64,000 nt of DNA from Clostridia bacterium (GCA_017536475.1 JAFXHH010000007.1:55609-119608); one strand, 5' to 3'; positions 10,439-22,029 are shown, counted from the stretch's first letter. The notes: generated from the letters alone by a model not told the origin. Numbers and translations: made by a program.

Positions 10439-10451
10439 CAAATACCTCGTC

Positions 10452-10483
10452 AAAAACGCAGATCGTCAGCGATCTGCATTTTT
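10452..10483. terminator. Bidirectional intrinsic terminator after the Lrp-aminotransferase operon
   Basis: Stem GCAGATCG-TCAG-CGATCTGC flanked by AAAAA and TTTTT. It lies only about 14 nt upstream of the next gene's SD. Confidence 0.65.
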
Positions 10484-10548
10484 GCATATTTTTTGTATAT
10501 TTTAGTGAATATTCATTTTCGCTTATTGTGGTCTGAAACCACTGACAT

Positions 10549-11733
10549 TCAAGCCTTTGGACAGACCTCTTCCAAAAATTCTTCTATTCTCGAAAGCGCC
10601 TCTTTGATGTGGTCTGTGGAGTAGCAATACGACACACGGACGAACCCTTCCCCACTCTTTCCGAACGCGCTTCCGGGCACGACGGCGACCTTCTTGGAGC
10701 GAAGCAGCTCCTCGCAAAATTCTTCGCTGGTCATCCCCGTGCGCTTTATCGACGGGAAGCAATAGAACGCACCCTTGGGCTCGAAGCAATCCATTCCGAT
10801 CTTATTGAAGCCGTTGACCACGAGTCTGCGGCGCATATCGTACTCCGCGACCATCGTCGCTACGTCGTCGTCACCGTTTCGGAGTGCTTCGACCGCCGCA
10901 TACTGCGAGGTCGTAGGTGCGGACATGATCGCAAACTGATGTATCTTGGTCATCTGTGCGATTATAGGTGCGGGAGCGCAGGCGTAGCCCATTCTCCAGC
11001 CCGTCATCGAGTAGCTCTTTGAAAAGCCGTTTATAAGCACAGTCCTCTCTCTCATGCCTTCGACCGAAGCGATAGACACGTGGCGTTTTCCACCGTAGGT
11101 CAGCTCGGAATATATCTCGTCGGAGAGCACGCAGATATCAGTATCACGCAACACATCTGCGATAGCCTCGATATCCTCCTTTTCCATGACCGCACCCGTA
11201 GGATTGCATGGGAAAGGAAAGACAAGCAGCTTTGTCTTGTCGGTTATTGCGCCGCGGAGCTCGTCCGCTGTAAGACGGAACTCATTCTCTGCCTTGAGCT
11301 CGATGATAACCGGAGTGCCGCCTGCGAGTCTGACTATCGGCTCGTAGCACACGAAGCTCGGCTGAGGTATGATTACCTCGTCGCCCGGCGCGACGAGTGC
11401 ACGGATAGCCCCGTCTATTCCCTCGCTTCCGCCGACCGTAACGAGAACCTCGTTATCTGCCTCGTATCTGACACCGTAGCGACGCGCGATATACTTGCTG
11501 ATCTCCTGTCTCAATTCGATAAGGCCCGCGTTCGACGTATATCTCGTTTTACTGTTTTCGAGGGACTTTATTCCCTCTCGTCTTATATGCCACGGCGTAG
11601 GAAAATCGGGCTCACCAACTCCAAGAGAAATGACACCCTCCATGCCTGCGGCAATATCGAAAAATTTTCTTATTCCCGACGGCTTTATATCGTTGACGAC
11701 CGTGGGATTAAGTATGCGATCGTAATCTATCAT
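10549..11733 (-). CDS. Class I/II PLP-dependent aminotransferase (aspartate/aromatic type)
   Basis: 394 aa with PLP-lysine motif NGFSKSYSMTGWRMGY. Start overlaps the stop of the upstream Lrp gene (ATGA). Confidence 0.88.
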   Translation of the reverse strand: MIDYDRILNPTVVNDIKPSGIRKFFDIAAGMEGVISLGVGEPDFPTPWHIRREGIKSLENSKTRYTSNAGLIELRQEISKYIARRYGVRYEADNEVLVTVGGSEGIDGAIRALVAPGDEVIIPQPSFVCYEPIVRLAGGTPVIIELKAENEFRLTADELRGAITDKTKLLVFPFPCNPTGAVMEKEDIEAIADVLRDTDICVLSDEIYSELTYGGKRHVSIASVEGMRERTVLINGFSKSYSMTGWRMGYACAPAPIIAQMTKIHQFAIMSAPTTSQYAAVEALRNGDDDVATMVAEYDMRRRLVVNGFNKIGMDCFEPKGAFYCFPSIKRTGMTSEEFCEELLRSKKVAVVPGSAFGKSGEGFVRVSYCYSTDHIKEALSRIEEFLEEVCPKA

Positions 11734-12212
11734 AAGGAATAAGCTCCTCTGTCATCCTGCTCTCCGTCCACGAGCTCTACGTCAAGCTCCTTATAGCGAC
11801 GGAGAACGAAATGCGTTGCCGTCGAGGTCACCTCGCGCATAGTTGCAAGCTCCTTTGCTACGAATCTCGCGACCTCCTGAAAGGTCTTGCCCTTTACGAT
11901 GACGCAAAGATCGTATGAGCCCGACATAAGATAAACGGTCTCGACCTCTTTATATTTCATTATAGTTTCGGCAATATTCTCAAATCCGAATCTGTCCTGA
12001 GGAATTACCTTAAGCTCAATAAGCGCGGAAACAGAAGCGTTATCAAGCTTTTCCCAGTCGATAACCGCCTTATAGCCTCTTATAAGTCCCGCCGACTCGA
12101 GCTCACCGATCTCGTCCGCGACCTCTTTGAGCGAAAGCCCCGTCATAGTTGCGATATCCTCTATCGAGCAGCGCGCGTTATCCGCGAGTATTTTAAGAAC
12201 CTTTGTATTCAT
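11730..12212 (-). CDS. Lrp/AsnC family transcriptional regulator
   Basis: 160 aa with an N-terminal HTH (CSIEDIATMTGLSLKEVADEI) and an AsnC-type ligand domain. GGAG SD present. Confidence 0.85.
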   Translation of the reverse strand: MNTKVLKILADNARCSIEDIATMTGLSLKEVADEIGELESAGLIRGYKAVIDWEKLDNASVSALIELKVIPQDRFGFENIAETIMKYKEVETVYLMSGSYDLCVIVKGKTFQEVARFVAKELATMREVTSTATHFVLRRYKELDVELVDGEQDDRGAYSL

Positions 12213-12234
12213 ATTTCTTCTCCGTTTGGTTTTA

Positions 12235-12274
12235 AATAAATTTCAGGGGCGCAAACAAAGCTGCCTGCACCCCT
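12235..12274 (-). terminator. Intrinsic terminator after the P-loop NTPase gene
   Basis: Stem AGGGGTGC...GCGCCCCT (one G-U pair) followed by a U-rich tract. Confidence 0.5.
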
Positions 12275-12336
12275 CAAAATTCGGTCAGCCCATTGCAAGT
12301 CAAAAGATTGCCGATGGGGCACCAACTTAATATCTA

Positions 12337-12744
12337 TCAAAGATACTTCTTTACGATATCGCTTGCTTCCTCTGCGGGAATAGAGGACGTGATAACTACG
12401 TTTACGCCGATCTTGCTTGTGAGCTCGTCAACTTCCTTAAGGAATGCCTCAAAGCCTACCATATCGTTGTTTGCTATCTTGAGTGCGGAATCTATAAAGA
12501 GATCGGTGACGTCGTGGTTGCTTGCAAGGATACCTGCAACGAATCCGTACAGAGCTTCTGCATCGAATACGAGATACTCGTTGGTATTGATAAGACGTAC
12601 GCTGTGCTTGATATCAAAACGGAGACCTACTCCCTTTTCGATACAAACGACGGTTCCCTCAGTTTTTGCTGCTGCCTCATTTACCATAGAAATGAGAGTC
12701 TTAGTCTTGCCTGTTCCCTTAACGCCGATGATAAGTTTAACCAT
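12337..12744 (-). CDS. Stand-alone 135-aa P-loop NTPase, function unknown
   Basis: Walker A GVKGTGKT at residues 7-14 and a Walker-B-like VTDLFIDS. It has a strong SD (GGAAGGAG) and its own promoter and terminator. Confidence 0.7.
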   Translation of the reverse strand: MVKLIIGVKGTGKTKTLISMVNEAAAKTEGTVVCIEKGVGLRFDIKHSVRLINTNEYLVFDAEALYGFVAGILASNHDVTDLFIDSALKIANNDMVGFEAFLKEVDELTSKIGVNVVITSSIPAEEASDIVKKYL

Positions 12745-12818
12745 AAATGGCTCCTTCCTGCCGCCTATGCGGAAATGTATTTTTAAGATTCATATAAAAC
12801 TTTGAATACCTTGGGTAT

Positions 12819-12847
12819 ATTATAGCATATCTTACAGATTTTTGCAA
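12819..12847 (-). promoter_or_regulatory. Sigma-A-type promoter of the small P-loop NTPase gene (TTGCAA-17-TATAAT)
   Basis: Hexamers and spacing read directly. Confidence 0.5.
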
Positions 12848-12872
12848 GTGGTATACAAAAATTTGTAAGAAA

Positions 12873-14210
12873 TTATTTTAATTTTTCTTCAAGCTCTGCG
12901 CGAAGCTCCTCATATCCGGGCTTTCCGAGTAGCGCGAACATATTTTTCTTATACGCTTCTACTCCGGGCTGATCGAAGGGGTTGACTCCGAGCATATATC
13001 CCGAAAGCGCGCAGGCGATCTCGAAGAAGTAGATAAGGTAGCCGAGCGAATACGCACTTCTGTCCTTCATTTCGATGAGGATATTGGGCACGCCGCCGTC
13101 CACGTGGGCGAGCAAAGTTCCCTGCATAGCGGTCTTCTTGACCTTATTGAGATCTACTCCCGAGAGGAAGTTGAGTCCGTCGATATTGTTGGGATCGTGA
13201 GGGATCTTGAACTCGATGCCGCTATCCTCGACCGAGATAACGGTCTCAAAGAGGTTTCTGTTACCCTCCTGAATGAACTGACCGAGCGAATGGAGGTCGG
13301 TGGAAAAAATTACGGATGCGGGGAAAATTCCTCGATTGTCCTTGCCCTCGCTCTCGCCGTAGAGCTGCTTCCACCACTCGTTGAGCATTCTCGAGTATGA
13401 CTCGTAGCCTACGAGTATTTCGGTGACCTTTCCCTTGCGGTAAAGGATATTTCTGATCGCCGCGTACTTATAAGCGTCGTTATTTTCGAGGTCCTCACAG
13501 CTATACGCTACTCTCGCGTCGTTCGCGCCCTGCATAAGCGCGTCGATATCTACGCCTGCTACTGCAACGGGCAATAGTCCCACTGCGGTGAGCACCGAGA
13601 AGCGACCGCCGACGTCATCCGGAACAACGAAGGTCTCGTATCCCGCCTTGTCGGAGAAGCCCTTGAGCGTACCTCTCGCGCGGTCGGTGGTTACGAATAT
13701 TCTCTCTCTTGCGCCGTCCTTGCCGTACTTTGCTTCAAGCATCTCACGGAAGACTCTGAAGGCTACCGCAGGCTCTGTGGTCGTACCCGACTTCGAGATA
13801 ACGTTGATGCAGACGTCCTTGCCCTCGCAGATCTCGACGAGCTCTGCAAGAGAAACCGCGCTTATATCACAGCCCGCGAAATAGACGTCGGGTGTGTCCT
13901 TTTTGAGATTGTTATAATTGGGAGATTTCAAGAATTCGATGACCGCGCGTGCACCGAGATAGGAGCCGCCGATACCGATGACGACGAACACGTCGCAGGA
14001 CTTTTTGATCCTTTCGGACGCCGCCTTGATCCTTGCAAATTCTTCTTTATCGTAGTTTTCGGGAAGGTCTATCCAACCGAGGAAATCGTTGCCTGCGCCG
14101 TTTCTTTGGGCGATCATTTTGTGCGCCGCGCTGACTGCGGGCTTGATGTTTTCATACTCGTGCGCCGAGATGAATCGGGAGAGATACTTATCACTGAGCT
14201 TAATTGCCAT
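12873..14210 (-). CDS. pgi: Glucose-6-phosphate isomerase
   Basis: 445 aa with motifs [11 protein letters not shown] and [17 protein letters not shown] present. Confidence 0.93.
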   Translation of the reverse strand: MAIKLSDKYLSRFISAHEYENIKPAVSAAHKMIAQRNGAGNDFLGWIDLPENYDKEEFARIKAASERIKKSCDVFVVIGIGGSYLGARAVIEFLKSPNYNNLKKDTPDVYFAGCDISAVSLAELVEICEGKDVCINVISKSGTTTEPAVAFRVFREMLEAKYGKDGARERIFVTTDRARGTLKGFSDKAGYETFVVPDDVGGRFSVLTAVGLLPVAVAGVDIDALMQGANDARVAYSCEDLENNDAYKYAAIRNILYRKGKVTEILVGYESYSRMLNEWWKQLYGESEGKDNRGIFPASVIFSTDLHSLGQFIQEGNRNLFETVISVEDSGIEFKIPHDPNNIDGLNFLSGVDLNKVKKTAMQGTLLAHVDGGVPNILIEMKDRSAYSLGYLIYFFEIACALSGYMLGVNPFDQPGVEAYKKNMFALLGKPGYEELRAELEEKLK

Positions 14211-14242
14211 TTTTAAACCTCCGTATATCTTTTATTAATTTA

Positions 14243-14271
14243 AGTATATCACAATTTTTTTGCTTTTGCAA
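14243..14271 (-). promoter_or_regulatory. Sigma-A-type promoter of pgi (TTGCAA-17-TATACT, TG-extended)
   Basis: Hexamers and spacing read directly. Confidence 0.5.
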
Positions 14272-14315
14272 TAGGTTTTTGCATGTATACGAGGTGGATT
14301 TTGCAGATTTTTTCG

Positions 14316-15515
14316 CTATTTGAGCAGATATTTGCCAAGCATTCGAAGCCAGACGTCAAAATAGCCGATCTTTTTGACATTCTCGGTCGCGAGGATATCG
14401 GCTCTGCCGAGCTCCTTGCCGTCGCAGGTGAATATCACCTCTCCTATTTTATCCCCCTCGTTGACGGGCGCTATGACCGCATCGGGAATATCGATCTTAT
14501 ACTCGATCTTTGAGGTCATAGACTTATCGATCACGCAGGAAAAGTCGTTATATTTGGCTTGAGTGGTAGTCTTTATTCCGCCTGACACGCTGACGTCTTC
14601 AAGTGTCTCACCTTCATGCGTATAGACTGCATAATTGGCAAAGCCCCAATCGAGAAGTCTTGTTGCCGCGGCGTTTCTGATATCTCTGGTTTCGGCGCCC
14701 ATTATAACGCAGACCAGGCTCAATCCCTCTCGCTCGGCAGTCGCGCTGATACAAAAGCCCGCCTTTGAGGTCGAGCCTGTTTTTAGTCCCGTACAGCCAT
14801 TATAATAACGGACGAGGCGGTTGGTATTGGTCAGACCGAACTCACCGTTCCGTATGGTATCCATCCAGATAGAGCTATACTCCAATATTTTTTCATATTT
14901 TATCAGCTCGGAGGACATTATGGCGATATCTCGTGCGCTGATGACGTGGTTTTCGGCAGTATCGTCGAGTCCGTTGGTGTTTTCAAAGACGGCGCTCTTC
15001 ATTCCGAGCTCCTTTGCACGTTCATTCATAGCCTTGACAAAAGCTTCCTCACTTCCCGAGACGAATTCCGCAAGCGCGCATGCCGCGTCGTTCGCCGAGG
15101 CGATCACGACGCTTTTTATCATATCCTCGACGCTCATCTGCTCGCCTTCCTCGAGATATATCTGCGAGCCGCCCATGCTTGCCGCGTGAGCGCTGGTCGT
15201 TACCATATCGTCGAGCTTTATCTTGCCCGACTCTATTGCCTCCATCACAAGAAGGAGCGTCATTACCTTGGTCACCGACGCGGGCGGCAGTGCTTCGTCG
15301 GCGTTTTGCTCGTAAAGGACTCTTCCCGTGCTTGCTTCCATCAATATTGCGCTCTTGCAGTCAAGCTGCAGAGTGTCCTTGGCGGGAATTTCTTCATCAT
15401 TTGCAGTATTGTTGATAGGCACGACCTCGTCCGCGGCAAGAGCGCCGATAAACGAAAACAGAAGCAACGGCGAGAGCAAAATTGCCGTCAGCTTGATCAA
15501 AAAACTTTTCTTCAT
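14316..15515 (-). CDS. D-alanyl-D-alanine carboxypeptidase (low-MW PBP, PBP5 type)
   Basis: Signal peptide followed by SxxK (SVTK), SxN (SAND) and KTG (LKTGST). Confidence 0.88.
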   Translation of the reverse strand: MKKSFLIKLTAILLSPLLLFSFIGALAADEVVPINNTANDEEIPAKDTLQLDCKSAILMEASTGRVLYEQNADEALPPASVTKVMTLLLVMEAIESGKIKLDDMVTTSAHAASMGGSQIYLEEGEQMSVEDMIKSVVIASANDAACALAEFVSGSEEAFVKAMNERAKELGMKSAVFENTNGLDDTAENHVISARDIAIMSSELIKYEKILEYSSIWMDTIRNGEFGLTNTNRLVRYYNGCTGLKTGSTSKAGFCISATAEREGLSLVCVIMGAETRDIRNAAATRLLDWGFANYAVYTHEGETLEDVSVSGGIKTTTQAKYNDFSCVIDKSMTSKIEYKIDIPDAVIAPVNEGDKIGEVIFTCDGKELGRADILATENVKKIGYFDVWLRMLGKYLLK

Positions 15516-15568
15516 AAAAAATCACCTCTTACCCGATTATATTTCGGCAAGAGGTGATATTATGATGA

Positions 15569-16108
15569 TTATTTTCTTTTTCGCGCGTTTTTGTTGATTT
15601 TTTTGATATGGGCAAAGGTCTCCCTCTCGCCTCTCTCGGCAAGCATCGTCAACCATTCCTCGAGAACATCTGCGGTCTCGGAATGCATCTTCGAGCGTGC
15701 GTTTCCGCGCAGAAAATACTCGAGCGCCGCGCTGTCGGTGTAGTCCTTGCCGCGATAGATCTTACAAGCCGCGACTCTGTCGCAGAACATTTCGGTGATA
15801 TATCTAAGCGGCATCGGGACGGGCTCGTAGCGCTTGGTTTGGGGATTTATATCGACCCAATACTCAAAATGGTGCTTGTTTCTGCCCTTATGGTGCATCC
15901 AGGCGAGCGAATAGCCGAAAAGCTCTCTTTCCTTTTCATTCGGGCTTCTCGTTCCGAGATAATATTTTGCGCCCGGGATAAATTCGGTCGGGCTATACTT
16001 TGAAAGGTCGTGAAAAAGCCCCTGCAGGCCGATTCCCGTCTTGAAGCAGTGGTAGATCACCTTATGGCGATGCCTTGTTATTGTGTGAAAATGTTTGAAT
16101 GGGTGCAT
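15569..16108 (-). CDS. Conserved His-rich protein (DUF5662-like)
   Basis: 179 aa with HF.TI..H...V and GL.HDLSKY..EF motifs. I remember these from DUF5662-family proteins; the family name is from memory. Confidence 0.55.
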   Translation of the reverse strand: MHPFKHFHTITRHRHKVIYHCFKTGIGLQGLFHDLSKYSPTEFIPGAKYYLGTRSPNEKERELFGYSLAWMHHKGRNKHHFEYWVDINPQTKRYEPVPMPLRYITEMFCDRVAACKIYRGKDYTDSAALEYFLRGNARSKMHSETADVLEEWLTMLAERGERETFAHIKKINKNARKRK

Positions 16109-16113
16109 AGTTA

Positions 16114-16911
16114 TTACCTTACGGGTTTGAATTCGATCTTTTCAAGGAGATTGAGCTTGGGCGACGAATCTATCAGACCTTGGGCATATTTCAAGGCAGT
16201 TTTATTGAGCAGGTGATTTGGAGTATGTGCGTCGCTTCCGAGCACCACGTCACATCCGATATCCGACGCTATCTGCCAGAACGCAATATTCGGGTAGCGT
16301 CTGAGCTCCGAGAGCCCGTACAGATTCATCTCAAGGGGCACGTTATGCGCGTTTGCGCTTCGTATAAGGCGCGCCATATGTCTTTCATAGACCTCGATAT
16401 CTCCGTAATACGCCGCAAGATCGGGGTGCGCGACGTAGGTTATCTTGTCCGACTCTATTCCCTTTATTACTTGATCAACGTAGCTTTTCAATGTTTCCTC
16501 AGAGCTCGTTTGCGCTCCGTAATATGCAAGCGGAATACCCTCCACCTCGCCGAAATGCTGTCCTTGAATCAAGTAATCTATCGGATAATCCGAGATGAAA
16601 CGGAGAAAGTTATCAAAGCAGGCAGAGTAATATTCGACCTCAAAGCCGATGTGTATCTTTATATCTCGCTCATACTCTTTGCGCAGATCGAGCAGAGTGT
16701 TGACGTAGTCTTCGGTCTCCTCGAGTCCCATGCGTATTCCCTCGATCGTTACGTAATTATTCGGGTGAAGTCCTTCGGGCAGAGGCATCGGTGCGTGGTC
16801 GGCAAAGCCGAGCTCAGTAAAACCCAGCTCTATGGCTTTTTCTACGTATTCTCTCTCGCTTCCCACGGCGTGCTTGCAGCGCGGGGTATGGGTATGGTAA
16901 TTGGCTATCAT
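16114..16911 (-). CDS. HisJ-family histidinol phosphatase (PHP domain)
   Basis: 265 aa with N-terminal NYHTHTPRCKHA and the spacing of PHP metal ligands. Confidence 0.82.
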   Translation of the reverse strand: MIANYHTHTPRCKHAVGSEREYVEKAIELGFTELGFADHAPMPLPEGLHPNNYVTIEGIRMGLEETEDYVNTLLDLRKEYERDIKIHIGFEVEYYSACFDNFLRFISDYPIDYLIQGQHFGEVEGIPLAYYGAQTSSEETLKSYVDQVIKGIESDKITYVAHPDLAAYYGDIEVYERHMARLIRSANAHNVPLEMNLYGLSELRRYPNIAFWQIASDIGCDVVLGSDAHTPNHLLNKTALKYAQGLIDSSPKLNLLEKIEFKPVR

Positions 16912-17016
16912 TTCGTTACCTTCTTTTTGGATTTATGCTTTAAGTATAGCACTTTTTTGCCGATTTGTCTGTAGCGCGGCGAAATTTTGTGAAATTTCGC
17001 CGCGCAGGGTTATTTT

Positions 17017-19854
17017 TTAACGGTTGAGCCATTTTTTGAGGTACTGTCCCGTGTAGGAGCCTTCGACCTCTGCGACCTGTTCGGGTGTGCCCTCCGCGAC
17101 GATCGTGCCGCCGCCGTCACCGCCCTCGGGACCGAGATCTATGATGTGGTCGGCGGATTTTATTACGTCGAGGTTATGCTCTATAACGAGAACGGTATTT
17201 CCTCCGTCGCAGAGCTTCTGGAGCACCTCGAGCAGCTTCGCCACGTCTGCAGTATGCAGTCCCGTGGTGGGCTCGTCGAGGATATATATCGTTTTACCCG
17301 TGCTGCGCTTTGCAAGCTCGGTCGCGAGCTTGACTCTCTGCGCTTCGCCGCCCGAGAGAGTGGTCGAGGACTGACCAATCTTGATATATCCGAGTCCTAC
17401 GTCATAAAGCGTCTGCAGCTTGCGGCGGATCTTGGGAAGTCCGTCGAAGAAGCTGAGGCCCTCCTCGACCGTCATATCGAGCACGTCGAAGATATTTTTG
17501 CCCTTATATTTGACGTCGAGGGTATCGGCGTTGTATCTTCTTCCCTTACACACGTCACAGGTAACGTAAACGTCGGGCAAAAAGTGCATCTCTATACACT
17601 TAACTCCGTCGCCCTCGCAGGCTTCACATCGTCCGCCCTTGGTGTTGAAGGAAAATCTACCTGCGGCATAGCCCTTGGCTTTTGCGTCCTTGGTGGAGGC
17701 AAAAAGATCTCTGATATCGGTGAAAACTCCCGTGTAGGTTGCGGGGTTGGAGCGCGGTGTGCGTCCGATCGGGCTTTGGTCGATGCAAATGACCTTATCG
17801 AGATTTTCAATGCCCTCAATGCCGTCACACTTGCCGGGATAGGCGATCGCGCGGTTGAGGTCGTGAGCGAGCTTGGGATACAGAATTCCGTTTACGAGCG
17901 AGGATTTTCCGCTTCCCGAAACGCCGCTGACACAGACGAATTTGCCAAGGGGGATATTTACGTCGATATGCTTGAGGTTGTGCTCGGCTGCGCCCTTGAC
18001 TGTGATATATTTGCCGTTGCCCTCGCGTCTTTTTTCGGGGATATCGATCCTTTTTCTGCCTGAGAGATATGCGCCCGTGATCGAGTCGGGGCTTTGTCTG
18101 ATCTCGTCGGGAGTACCTGCGGCGACGATATTTCCGCCGTGTATGCCCGCACCGAGTCCGACGTCGATGATGTAGTCGGATTCCTCCATGGTCTCCTCGT
18201 CGTGCTCGACGACGATGACCGTGTTTCCAAGGTCGCGGAGCTTTTTGAGGGTGCTTATCAGCTTGGAATTATCGCGCTGGTGGAGTCCTATACTGGGTTC
18301 GTCGAGGATATAGAGCACGCCGACGAGCGACGAGCCTATTTGTGTGGCAAGTCTTATTCTTTGCGCTTCTCCGCCCGACAGCGTGCCTGCTTTTCTTGCC
18401 ATCGTGAGATATTCAAGTCCTACGCTGACAAGGAAGCCGAGGCGCGCCTTGATCTCCTTGAGGATCTCGCGCGCGATCGCATACTCGGTATCGGTCAGCT
18501 CGAGCGAGTTGACGAAATCGAGTGCTTTTTGAATGGACAGTGAGCAAAGCTCGTGGATATTCAGACCGCCGACGGTTACCGCGAGCGACATTGGGTTGAG
18601 GCGCTGTCCGTTGCAGTGCTCGCAGGGGGCTTCCTCTACGAACTGCTCGTAGTAGTCGGCGCTCATGCCATATTGCATTCTCTGCTCTATCATGGCGATA
18701 AGGCCTTCAAATTTTGCGGCTTTTTTATGAGCTTCGCCTCCGAAATAGCGAACCACGTCGTAGGTGTCGTCGCCCGTGCCGTAAAGCAGTGCGCGATACG
18801 CCGTGTCGGTGAAGCTTTCGATCGGCATTTCAAGCGAAAAGCCGTGTTTTTCGCCTACGGCAGCGAAAAGAGGTCCGTTCCAGCTCTCCTCCTCGAGAGT
18901 TTTGAAGCCGTTTACGTTTATCGCGCCCTGTGAAAGCGAGAGCTTTCTGTTTGGGATCAATCGATCGACTGATATGCGTCTTGTGTCTCCAAGTCCCGAG
19001 CAATGCGGACACGCGCCCTGCGGATTGTTGAACGAGAACATTCTCGGCTCAAATTCGCCGACTGAAATGCCGTGCTCCTCGCAGGCGTAGGACTGCGAAA
19101 AGGTCAGAACCTCGCCGTCGGTCTCCTCGCCGTCACGCGGCACGGGAACGATGATAAGATGCCCGTCGGCAAGACTCAGCGCATTTTCGACCGAGTCGGC
19201 AAGGCGGGGTCTGATGCCGTCGCGCATTACGAGACGGTCTACGACGATCTCTATGGAGTGCTTTTTGTTTTTATCGAGCTTTATTTCTTCGGAGAGGTCG
19301 TAGAGGTTGCCGTCCACGCGGACGCGTACGTAGCCACTCTTTTTGGCGCTCTCAAAGACCTTTTCGTGCATTCCCTTTTGCGCTCTGACTACGGGGGCGA
19401 CCACGAGGAATCGCGTGCCCTCGGGCAGCTTCAGTATTCGGTCGATGATCTGGTCGACGGTCTGCTGTCTTATCTCCTTGCCGCAGATCGGGCAATGCGG
19501 GATGCCGATGCGAGCATAGAGAAGACGGAGATAGTCGTATATTTCGGTGACCGTGCCCACGGTCGAGCGCGGGTTTTTCGAGGTGGTCTTCTGGTCTATG
19601 GATATGGCGGGAGAAAGCCCGTCTATCGAGTCGACGTCGGGCTTGTCCATCTGTCCGAGGAACATTCTCGCGTAGCTTGACAGCGACTCGACGAAGCGGC
19701 GGTGTCCCTCGGCGTAGATGGTGTCAAACGCGAGCGACGATTTTCCGCTTCCCGAAAGTCCTGAAAGGACCACGAGCTTATCGCGCGGGATGGTGACGTC
19801 TATATTTTTGAGATTGTGGACGCGTGCGCCCTTGATTACTAAGTTTTTTTCCAT
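17017..19854 (-). CDS. uvrA: Excinuclease ABC subunit A
   Basis: Two ABC modules ([28 protein letters not shown] twice) and Cys4 zinc modules. I prefer ATG 19854 ([17 protein letters not shown]) over the TTG at 19884. Confidence 0.95.
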   Translation of the reverse strand: MEKNLVIKGARVHNLKNIDVTIPRDKLVVLSGLSGSGKSSLAFDTIYAEGHRRFVESLSSYARMFLGQMDKPDVDSIDGLSPAISIDQKTTSKNPRSTVGTVTEIYDYLRLLYARIGIPHCPICGKEIRQQTVDQIIDRILKLPEGTRFLVVAPVVRAQKGMHEKVFESAKKSGYVRVRVDGNLYDLSEEIKLDKNKKHSIEIVVDRLVMRDGIRPRLADSVENALSLADGHLIIVPVPRDGEETDGEVLTFSQSYACEEHGISVGEFEPRMFSFNNPQGACPHCSGLGDTRRISVDRLIPNRKLSLSQGAINVNGFKTLEEESWNGPLFAAVGEKHGFSLEMPIESFTDTAYRALLYGTGDDTYDVVRYFGGEAHKKAAKFEGLIAMIEQRMQYGMSADYYEQFVEEAPCEHCNGQRLNPMSLAVTVGGLNIHELCSLSIQKALDFVNSLELTDTEYAIAREILKEIKARLGFLVSVGLEYLTMARKAGTLSGGEAQRIRLATQIGSSLVGVLYILDEPSIGLHQRDNSKLISTLKKLRDLGNTVIVVEHDEETMEESDYIIDVGLGAGIHGGNIVAAGTPDEIRQSPDSITGAYLSGRKRIDIPEKRREGNGKYITVKGAAEHNLKHIDVNIPLGKFVCVSGVSGSGKSSLVNGILYPKLAHDLNRAIAYPGKCDGIEGIENLDKVICIDQSPIGRTPRSNPATYTGVFTDIRDLFASTKDAKAKGYAAGRFSFNTKGGRCEACEGDGVKCIEMHFLPDVYVTCDVCKGRRYNADTLDVKYKGKNIFDVLDMTVEEGLSFFDGLPKIRRKLQTLYDVGLGYIKIGQSSTTLSGGEAQRVKLATELAKRSTGKTIYILDEPTTGLHTADVAKLLEVLQKLCDGGNTVLVIEHNLDVIKSADHIIDLGPEGGDGGGTIVAEGTPEQVAEVEGSYTGQYLKKWLNR

Positions 19855-19880
19855 CTTACCTTTCTTGAAAGAAAGGTAAG
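19855..19880 (-). promoter_or_regulatory. 10-bp hairpin whose 3' arm is the uvrA Shine-Dalgarno region
   Basis: mRNA sense is CUUACCUUUC-UUUCAA-GAAAGGUAAG-AUG, a perfect inverted repeat ending at the start codon. Confidence 0.4.
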
Positions 19881-20023
19881 CCAAAGAACTTCCCGAAGGA
19901 TAGTCTTACCCTCTTTCGCATATTCATCTGAATCTAAAATTAATTAATGATCATGTATATTTATCGGAGTTTTTTGAAGAGCTCGAGAAACTTTTTTTCA
20001 AAAAAGTTTCTCGACCGCATCCC

Positions 20024-22000
20024 CTATTTGCCCTCGCGGAGCTTTTGGATCTCGTCGCGGAGGTAAGCGGCTTTTTCGAATTCGAGGGTACGGGCGGCGT
20101 CCTTCATCTCGCGGGTCAGCTTTTCAATGAGCTTTTCGCGCTCGGAGGCGGTGAGTTTCTTCGGCTTCTTAGCCTTGCCCGTCTTGCTCTGCTCGTCGTC
20201 GCGTGCGCCGACGTCGATAATATCGCGGACTCCCTTGATTACGGTCTTGGGAACTATGCCGTTGGCTTTGTTGTATTCGTCTTGAATTTTGCGGCGGCGG
20301 TTGGTCTCAGAGATCGCACGCTCCATTGAGCGAGTGACGGTATCGGCGTACATTATGACCTTTCCGTTCGCGTTTCTTGCGGCTCTACCGATGGTCTGTA
20401 TCAGCGACCGTTCAGCGCGCAAAAATCCTTCCTTATCGGCATCGAGTATCGCAACGAGCGAGACCTCGGGGATATCAAGTCCCTCGCGGAGCAGGTTGAT
20501 GCCGACGAGGACGTCGAAAACGCCAAGTCGCAGGTCGCGGATTATCTCCATTCTTTCGATCGTGTCGATATTGAAGTGGATATAACGCACCTTTATTCCG
20601 TTGCCCTCGAGGTAATCGGTCAGGTCCTCTGCCATTTTCTTGGTGAGGGTGGTGACGAGCACACGCTCGCCCTTCTCGGCTCTTATGCGTATCTCGCCCA
20701 TCAGGTCGTCGACCTGACCCTCGATCTTTCGCACCTCGACCTCGGGATCAAGCAGACCCGTGGGGCGAATTATCTGCTCGACGGTCTGCTCGCTGTATTC
20801 CGCTTCGTAGTCGCCGGGGGTGGCACTGACGAAGACGGTCTGATTGAGCTTGTTTTCAAATTCATCGAAGAACAATGGTCTGTTATCGTATGCGGACGGC
20901 AGGCGGAAGCCATAGTCCACAAGGTTTTTCTTTCGGGCGAGGTCTCCGCCACTCATACCGCGAACCTGCGGCAAAGTTACGTGGGATTCGTCGACGAAAA
21001 GCAGAAAATCGTCGGGCATATAGTCAAGCAAAGTATACGGCGTCGAGCCCGCGGGTCTACCCGAGAGGACTCTTGAATAGTTCTCTACTCCCGAGCAGAA
21101 GCCGACCTCACGGAGCATTTCCATATCGTATTTTACGCGTTCGGTTATTCTTTGCGCCTCGATAAGCTTGCCTTCGGACTCAAAATAGGCGGCACGCTGT
21201 ACCATTTCCTCGTATATTTCCTTGATCGCGGCATCTCGCTTTTCGTCGGAGACAGCATAGTGAGTTGCGGGATATATCGGATAATACGAGAGATTACGGA
21301 TAAGCTCGCCCGTGACTATATTTATCTCGGAAACGCGGTCTATCTCCTCATCGAAGAATTCCACGCGGATAGCTTTACTGTCCATACTTGCGGGGATTAT
21401 CTCGACGGTATCTCCGCGCACGCGGAAGGAATCACGGACTAAATTCAGGTCGTTTCTCGTATAGCTTATCGCGATGAGTCGTCGGATAAGCTCCTCGCGC
21501 GACATATACGCGCCCGGGCGCAGAGAAATGACGAGATCCTTATAATCGTCGGGCTCGCCGAGCGAATATATGCAGGAAACGCTGGCGACGATGATGACGT
21601 CTCTGCGTTCAAACAGCGAGCTTGTCGCAGAATGGCGCAAGCGGTCTATTTCATCGTTTACGAGGGCGTCCTTTTCGATATACATATCCTTGCCCGGAAT
21701 GTATGCCTCGGGCTGATAATAGTCATAATAGGAAACGAAGTATTCGACGGCGTTTTCGGGGAAAAACTCGCGAAACTCTGTGCAGAGCTGTGCGGCGAGA
21801 GTCTTATTGTGCGCGAGGACGAGGGTGGGCTTATTGATCTGCTCTATGACGTTTGCCATAGTGAAGGTCTTACCCGAGCCCGTTACACCCAAAAGGGTCT
21901 GCATTTTTTTGCCCTCCTTGAGTCCTCTGACGAGCTCCTCTATCGCTTGGGGCTGGTCACCCGTGGGCTTATATTCACTTTTCAGCTTGAATCTATCCAT
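20024..22000 (-). CDS. uvrB: Excinuclease ABC subunit B
   Basis: 658 aa with GVTGSGKT, the VDESH box and a C-terminal UVR motif ([12 protein letters not shown]). Confidence 0.95.
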   Translation of the reverse strand: MDRFKLKSEYKPTGDQPQAIEELVRGLKEGKKMQTLLGVTGSGKTFTMANVIEQINKPTLVLAHNKTLAAQLCTEFREFFPENAVEYFVSYYDYYQPEAYIPGKDMYIEKDALVNDEIDRLRHSATSSLFERRDVIIVASVSCIYSLGEPDDYKDLVISLRPGAYMSREELIRRLIAISYTRNDLNLVRDSFRVRGDTVEIIPASMDSKAIRVEFFDEEIDRVSEINIVTGELIRNLSYYPIYPATHYAVSDEKRDAAIKEIYEEMVQRAAYFESEGKLIEAQRITERVKYDMEMLREVGFCSGVENYSRVLSGRPAGSTPYTLLDYMPDDFLLFVDESHVTLPQVRGMSGGDLARKKNLVDYGFRLPSAYDNRPLFFDEFENKLNQTVFVSATPGDYEAEYSEQTVEQIIRPTGLLDPEVEVRKIEGQVDDLMGEIRIRAEKGERVLVTTLTKKMAEDLTDYLEGNGIKVRYIHFNIDTIERMEIIRDLRLGVFDVLVGINLLREGLDIPEVSLVAILDADKEGFLRAERSLIQTIGRAARNANGKVIMYADTVTRSMERAISETNRRRKIQDEYNKANGIVPKTVIKGVRDIIDVGARDDEQSKTGKAKKPKKLTASEREKLIEKLTREMKDAARTLEFEKAAYLRDEIQKLREGK

Positions 22001-22029
22001 AGGTAACTCCTTCCCGAATTTCCAAAAAT

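Noticed and set aside
19983-20014. Near-perfect 32-bp palindrome (TCGAGAAACTTTTT...AAAAAGTTTCTCGA) after the uvrB stop as a terminator
   Set aside because: It is not followed by a U-run on either strand, so it is not annotated as an intrinsic terminator. It may be an RNA stability element or simply a palindrome.
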